The position numbers and the translations under genes were made by a program. A DNA stretch of 34,718 nt from Rickettsiales bacterium (GTDB lineage: Bacteria; Pseudomonadota; Alphaproteobacteria; Rickettsiales; UBA1997). The notes under the pieces are model-generated. The model ran no database searches, was not told where the DNA came from, and saw only the letters and a program-made list of their open reading frames with translations. Below are positions 32,705 to 34,718 of the stretch, piece by piece. Where the stretch lies: the NCBI GenBank assembly GCA_947487845.1, contig CANKYC010000002.1:1-34718 (forward strand). The letters run 5' to 3'. Every line of letters begins with the position of its first letter. The stretch's first letter is position 1.

Positions 32705-33706
32705 TTACAATTTCTTCGCCACTTCAACCGCGCCGTAACTAATAACCGCGCTGGCGCCAGCTCTTTTAAAAGACGTCAAACTTTCATAAAAAGCCGCATC
32801 AAAATCAAAAGCACCTTTTTCTGCCGCAAATTTTAACATCGCATATTCACCGCTAACTTGATAAGCAATTACGGGCAATTTAAAATTTTGTGAAACTTGC
32901 GAAACCACGTCTAAGTAAGGCATTCCCGGTTTTACAATTATCATGTCCGCGCCTTCGGCAACATCAAGCGCCACTTCACGCAAAGCTTCTTGCGAATTTC
33001 TGAAATCCATTTGATAAGTTTTTTTGTCAGATTTTTTTAGGTTATTAACTGAACCAACGGCGTGACGAAATGGCCCGTAAAAACTAGAGGCATATTTCAC
33101 CGCGTAAGACATCAGCGCAACATCGCTAAATCCTTGATCGTCAAGCGCATCGCGAATTATGCCAATTCTACCGTCCATCATGTCGGAAGGGGCGATAATA
33201 TCGCAACCAGCTTGCGCTTGAACCAAAGCTTGTTGGCATAAAATTTCAATCGTGGCATCATTTTCGACATAGCCATTTTCATCAATAATTCCGTCGTGAC
33301 CGTGAGTTGTGTAAGGATCAAGCGCCACGTCAGTAATCACGCCGATTTCCGGCACCGCATTTTTAATTTCGTAAATAGCGCGACACATTAAATTTTTGGA
33401 ATTTATCGCCTCTTTTCCGTTAAAACTTTTTAACTTTTGATCAAGCGCGGGAAACAACATCAAAGCAGGAATACCAAGCTTTCGCGCCTCTTTAGCTTTT
33501 TTCACAATCAAGTCGATTGAAAGACGCGAAACGTCAGGCAAATGGGAAATTTTTTCTTCTTTATTTTTGCCTTCAATTACAAAAAGTGGCAAAATCAAAT
33601 CGCTTGGTAAAAATGTGTTTTGCGCAGTTAAATCACGAATCCACGCCGATTTACGATTGCGCCTTAAACGAACTCTTGGAAATGAATTATCCGATGAATA
33701 TGTCAT
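32705..33706 (-). CDS. hemB: Porphobilinogen synthase (delta-aminolevulinate dehydratase), Asp-rich (non-zinc) type.
   Basis: 333-aa ORF with RLRRNR, DVALDPYTTHGHDG (Asp in place of the Cys-rich zinc site), the active-site lysines in SYAVKYASSFYGPFR, and IVKPGMPYLD. Confidence 0.95.
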   Translation of the reverse strand: MTYSSDNSFPRVRLRRNRKSAWIRDLTAQNTFLPSDLILPLFVIEGKNKEEKISHLPDVSRLSIDLIVKKAKEARKLGIPALMLFPALDQKLKSFNGKEAINSKNLMCRAIYEIKNAVPEIGVITDVALDPYTTHGHDGIIDENGYVENDATIEILCQQALVQAQAGCDIIAPSDMMDGRIGIIRDALDDQGFSDVALMSYAVKYASSFYGPFRHAVGSVNNLKKSDKKTYQMDFRNSQEALREVALDVAEGADMIIVKPGMPYLDVVSQVSQNFKLPVIAYQVSGEYAMLKFAAEKGAFDFDAAFYESLTSFKRAGASAVISYGAVEVAKKL

Positions 33707-33782
33707 TATTGTTTGAAATCGAAAATTTTAAAAAATAGCTTACGTTCATTCAAAATTAATCCCCATTCACTTATAAAGTTCC

Positions 33783-34583
33783 ATGAAAAATATCTTAGAA
33801 GAAATTTATCAGCATAAGTTGATCGAAGTTAGAAATCGTAAGAAAGAACTCGTAGTTCAAGAAATTTGCGCCCGCATTAAATGTTTAGAAAATCCGCCAC
33901 GGAATTTTTTTGCTGCTTTAAAACAAAAAAGTGAACGACTTGAAGCTGGCTTAATTTGCGAAATTAAAAAAGCTTCGCCTTCGCATGGCGTGATCCGCGA
34001 AGATTTTAATCATTTAACTATCGCCAAAGAATATGCCGAAGGCGGCGCAACTTGTCTGTCAATTTTGACTGACGAAAAATATTTCATGGGCAGCGACCAA
34101 TATTTGAAAGAAGTTCGCCTAATTTCAAATCTGCCGATTTTGCGCAAAGATTTTATGGTTGATACTTACCAAATTTATGAATCAAAAATGTTGGGCGCTG
34201 ATTGTATTTTATTGATTGTAGCAATGCTTGATGATGCAAAATTGCAAGAGCTTGAACAATGCGCACTTGATTTGGGATTATCAGTTTTAATTGAAGTTCA
34301 TGATGAAGCAGAATTACAGCGCGCAAGTAAGCTGAAAAGCAAATTGCTGGGCATTAATAATCGTGATTTAAAAACCCTGAAAGTTGATTTACAAACTTCC
34401 CTATTTTTATCAGAAAAAGTTCCAGCTGATTATGTTTTAGTTTCAGAAAGTGGAATTAAAGATGCGCTGGATGTGGATTTATTACAACAGGCGGGAATCA
34501 ATTGCTTTCTGATTGGCGAACATTTTATGAGACAAAAAGATATTGCTAAAGCGGTGAAAGATATTTTGATTAGACACTGTTAG
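33783..34583 (+). CDS. trpC: Indole-3-glycerol-phosphate synthase.
   Basis: 266-aa ORF with ICEIKKASPSHGVIREDF, LSILTDEKYFMGS, ILRKDFMVDTYQIYESKMLGADCILLI, EVHDEAEL and INNRDL. Confidence 0.92.
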   Translation: MKNILEEIYQHKLIEVRNRKKELVVQEICARIKCLENPPRNFFAALKQKSERLEAGLICEIKKASPSHGVIREDFNHLTIAKEYAEGGATCLSILTDEKYFMGSDQYLKEVRLISNLPILRKDFMVDTYQIYESKMLGADCILLIVAMLDDAKLQELEQCALDLGLSVLIEVHDEAELQRASKLKSKLLGINNRDLKTLKVDLQTSLFLSEKVPADYVLVSESGIKDALDVDLLQQAGINCFLIGEHFMRQKDIAKAVKDILIRHC

Positions 34584-34586
34584 CTA

Positions 34587-34718
34587 ATTATTTTTATTCC
34601 AGATTTTGGCATATTTTGAGCGCTTTTTTGGTAAAATTTCGAAAAATATCTGGATATATTTTGAGAAATTTTACCAAAAAATAAGCCGAAATAGGACGAA
34701 ATATGGAATAAAAATAAT
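34587..34718. repeat. AT-rich palindromic element C (at least 132 bp; it reaches the window edge).
   Basis: The termini attatttttattcca (34587-) and tggaataaaaataat (-34718) are perfect inverted repeats. The inner arms ttttttggtaaaatttc and gagaaattttaccaaaaaa pair. The core ttttggtaaaa(a)ttt is shared with family A. It starts 3 nt after the trpC stop. Confidence 0.8.

Overview
This is a densely packed, AT-rich bacterial chromosome segment. I could not run searches; all calls come from reading the translations and the DNA by eye. The gene content resembles an alphaproteobacterial, possibly Rickettsiales- or Holosporales-like, intracellular organism (inference): an Rrf2/IscR-like regulator with a NifS-like desulfurase and IscS, an NDUFS6-like zinc-finger protein, and a ScsB/DsbD-type reductase.

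Housekeeping genes recognised with high confidence: iscS (partial), a NifS-like desulfurase, an IscR-like regulator, purA, a DsbD-family reductase, gatA, galE, thrS, tRNA-Ala(GGC), a photolyase, hemW, an FTR1 iron permease, hemB and trpC.

The accessory part is a roughly 17-kb run of co-directional minus-strand genes (10622-27435), interrupted only by thrS. It looks like two polyprenyl-phosphate-sugar / GT-C periplasmic glycosylation modules:
- Module 1 (10622-17970): WecE-like aminotransferase, GNAT, PhyH-family dioxygenase, ArnC/GtrB-like GT2, and two large GT-C-like membrane proteins.
- Module 2 (19958-27435): split ThDP transketolase, an SDR::GT2 fusion, a SAM methyltransferase, and two tandem paralogous ArnT/PMT-like GT-C proteins.

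Neither module matches the gene content of the Arn, Gtr or Dpr pathways, so this is my best candidate for an undescribed system.

The window also carries an unusual repeat landscape:
- A 99-bp GC-rich multi-hairpin cassette with an 8-bp target duplication, inserted in frame in the transketolase N-subunit gene.
- A GC-rich structured trailer fused to the 3' end of tRNA-Ala.
- A 219-bp element with perfect 34-bp terminal inverted repeats enclosing four 43-bp tandem repeats.
- A family of 130-160-bp AT-rich palindromic elements. Two of them supply the last codons and the stop codon of unrelated genes.

No transposase, integrase, CRISPR array or recognisable defence or toxin genes were seen.
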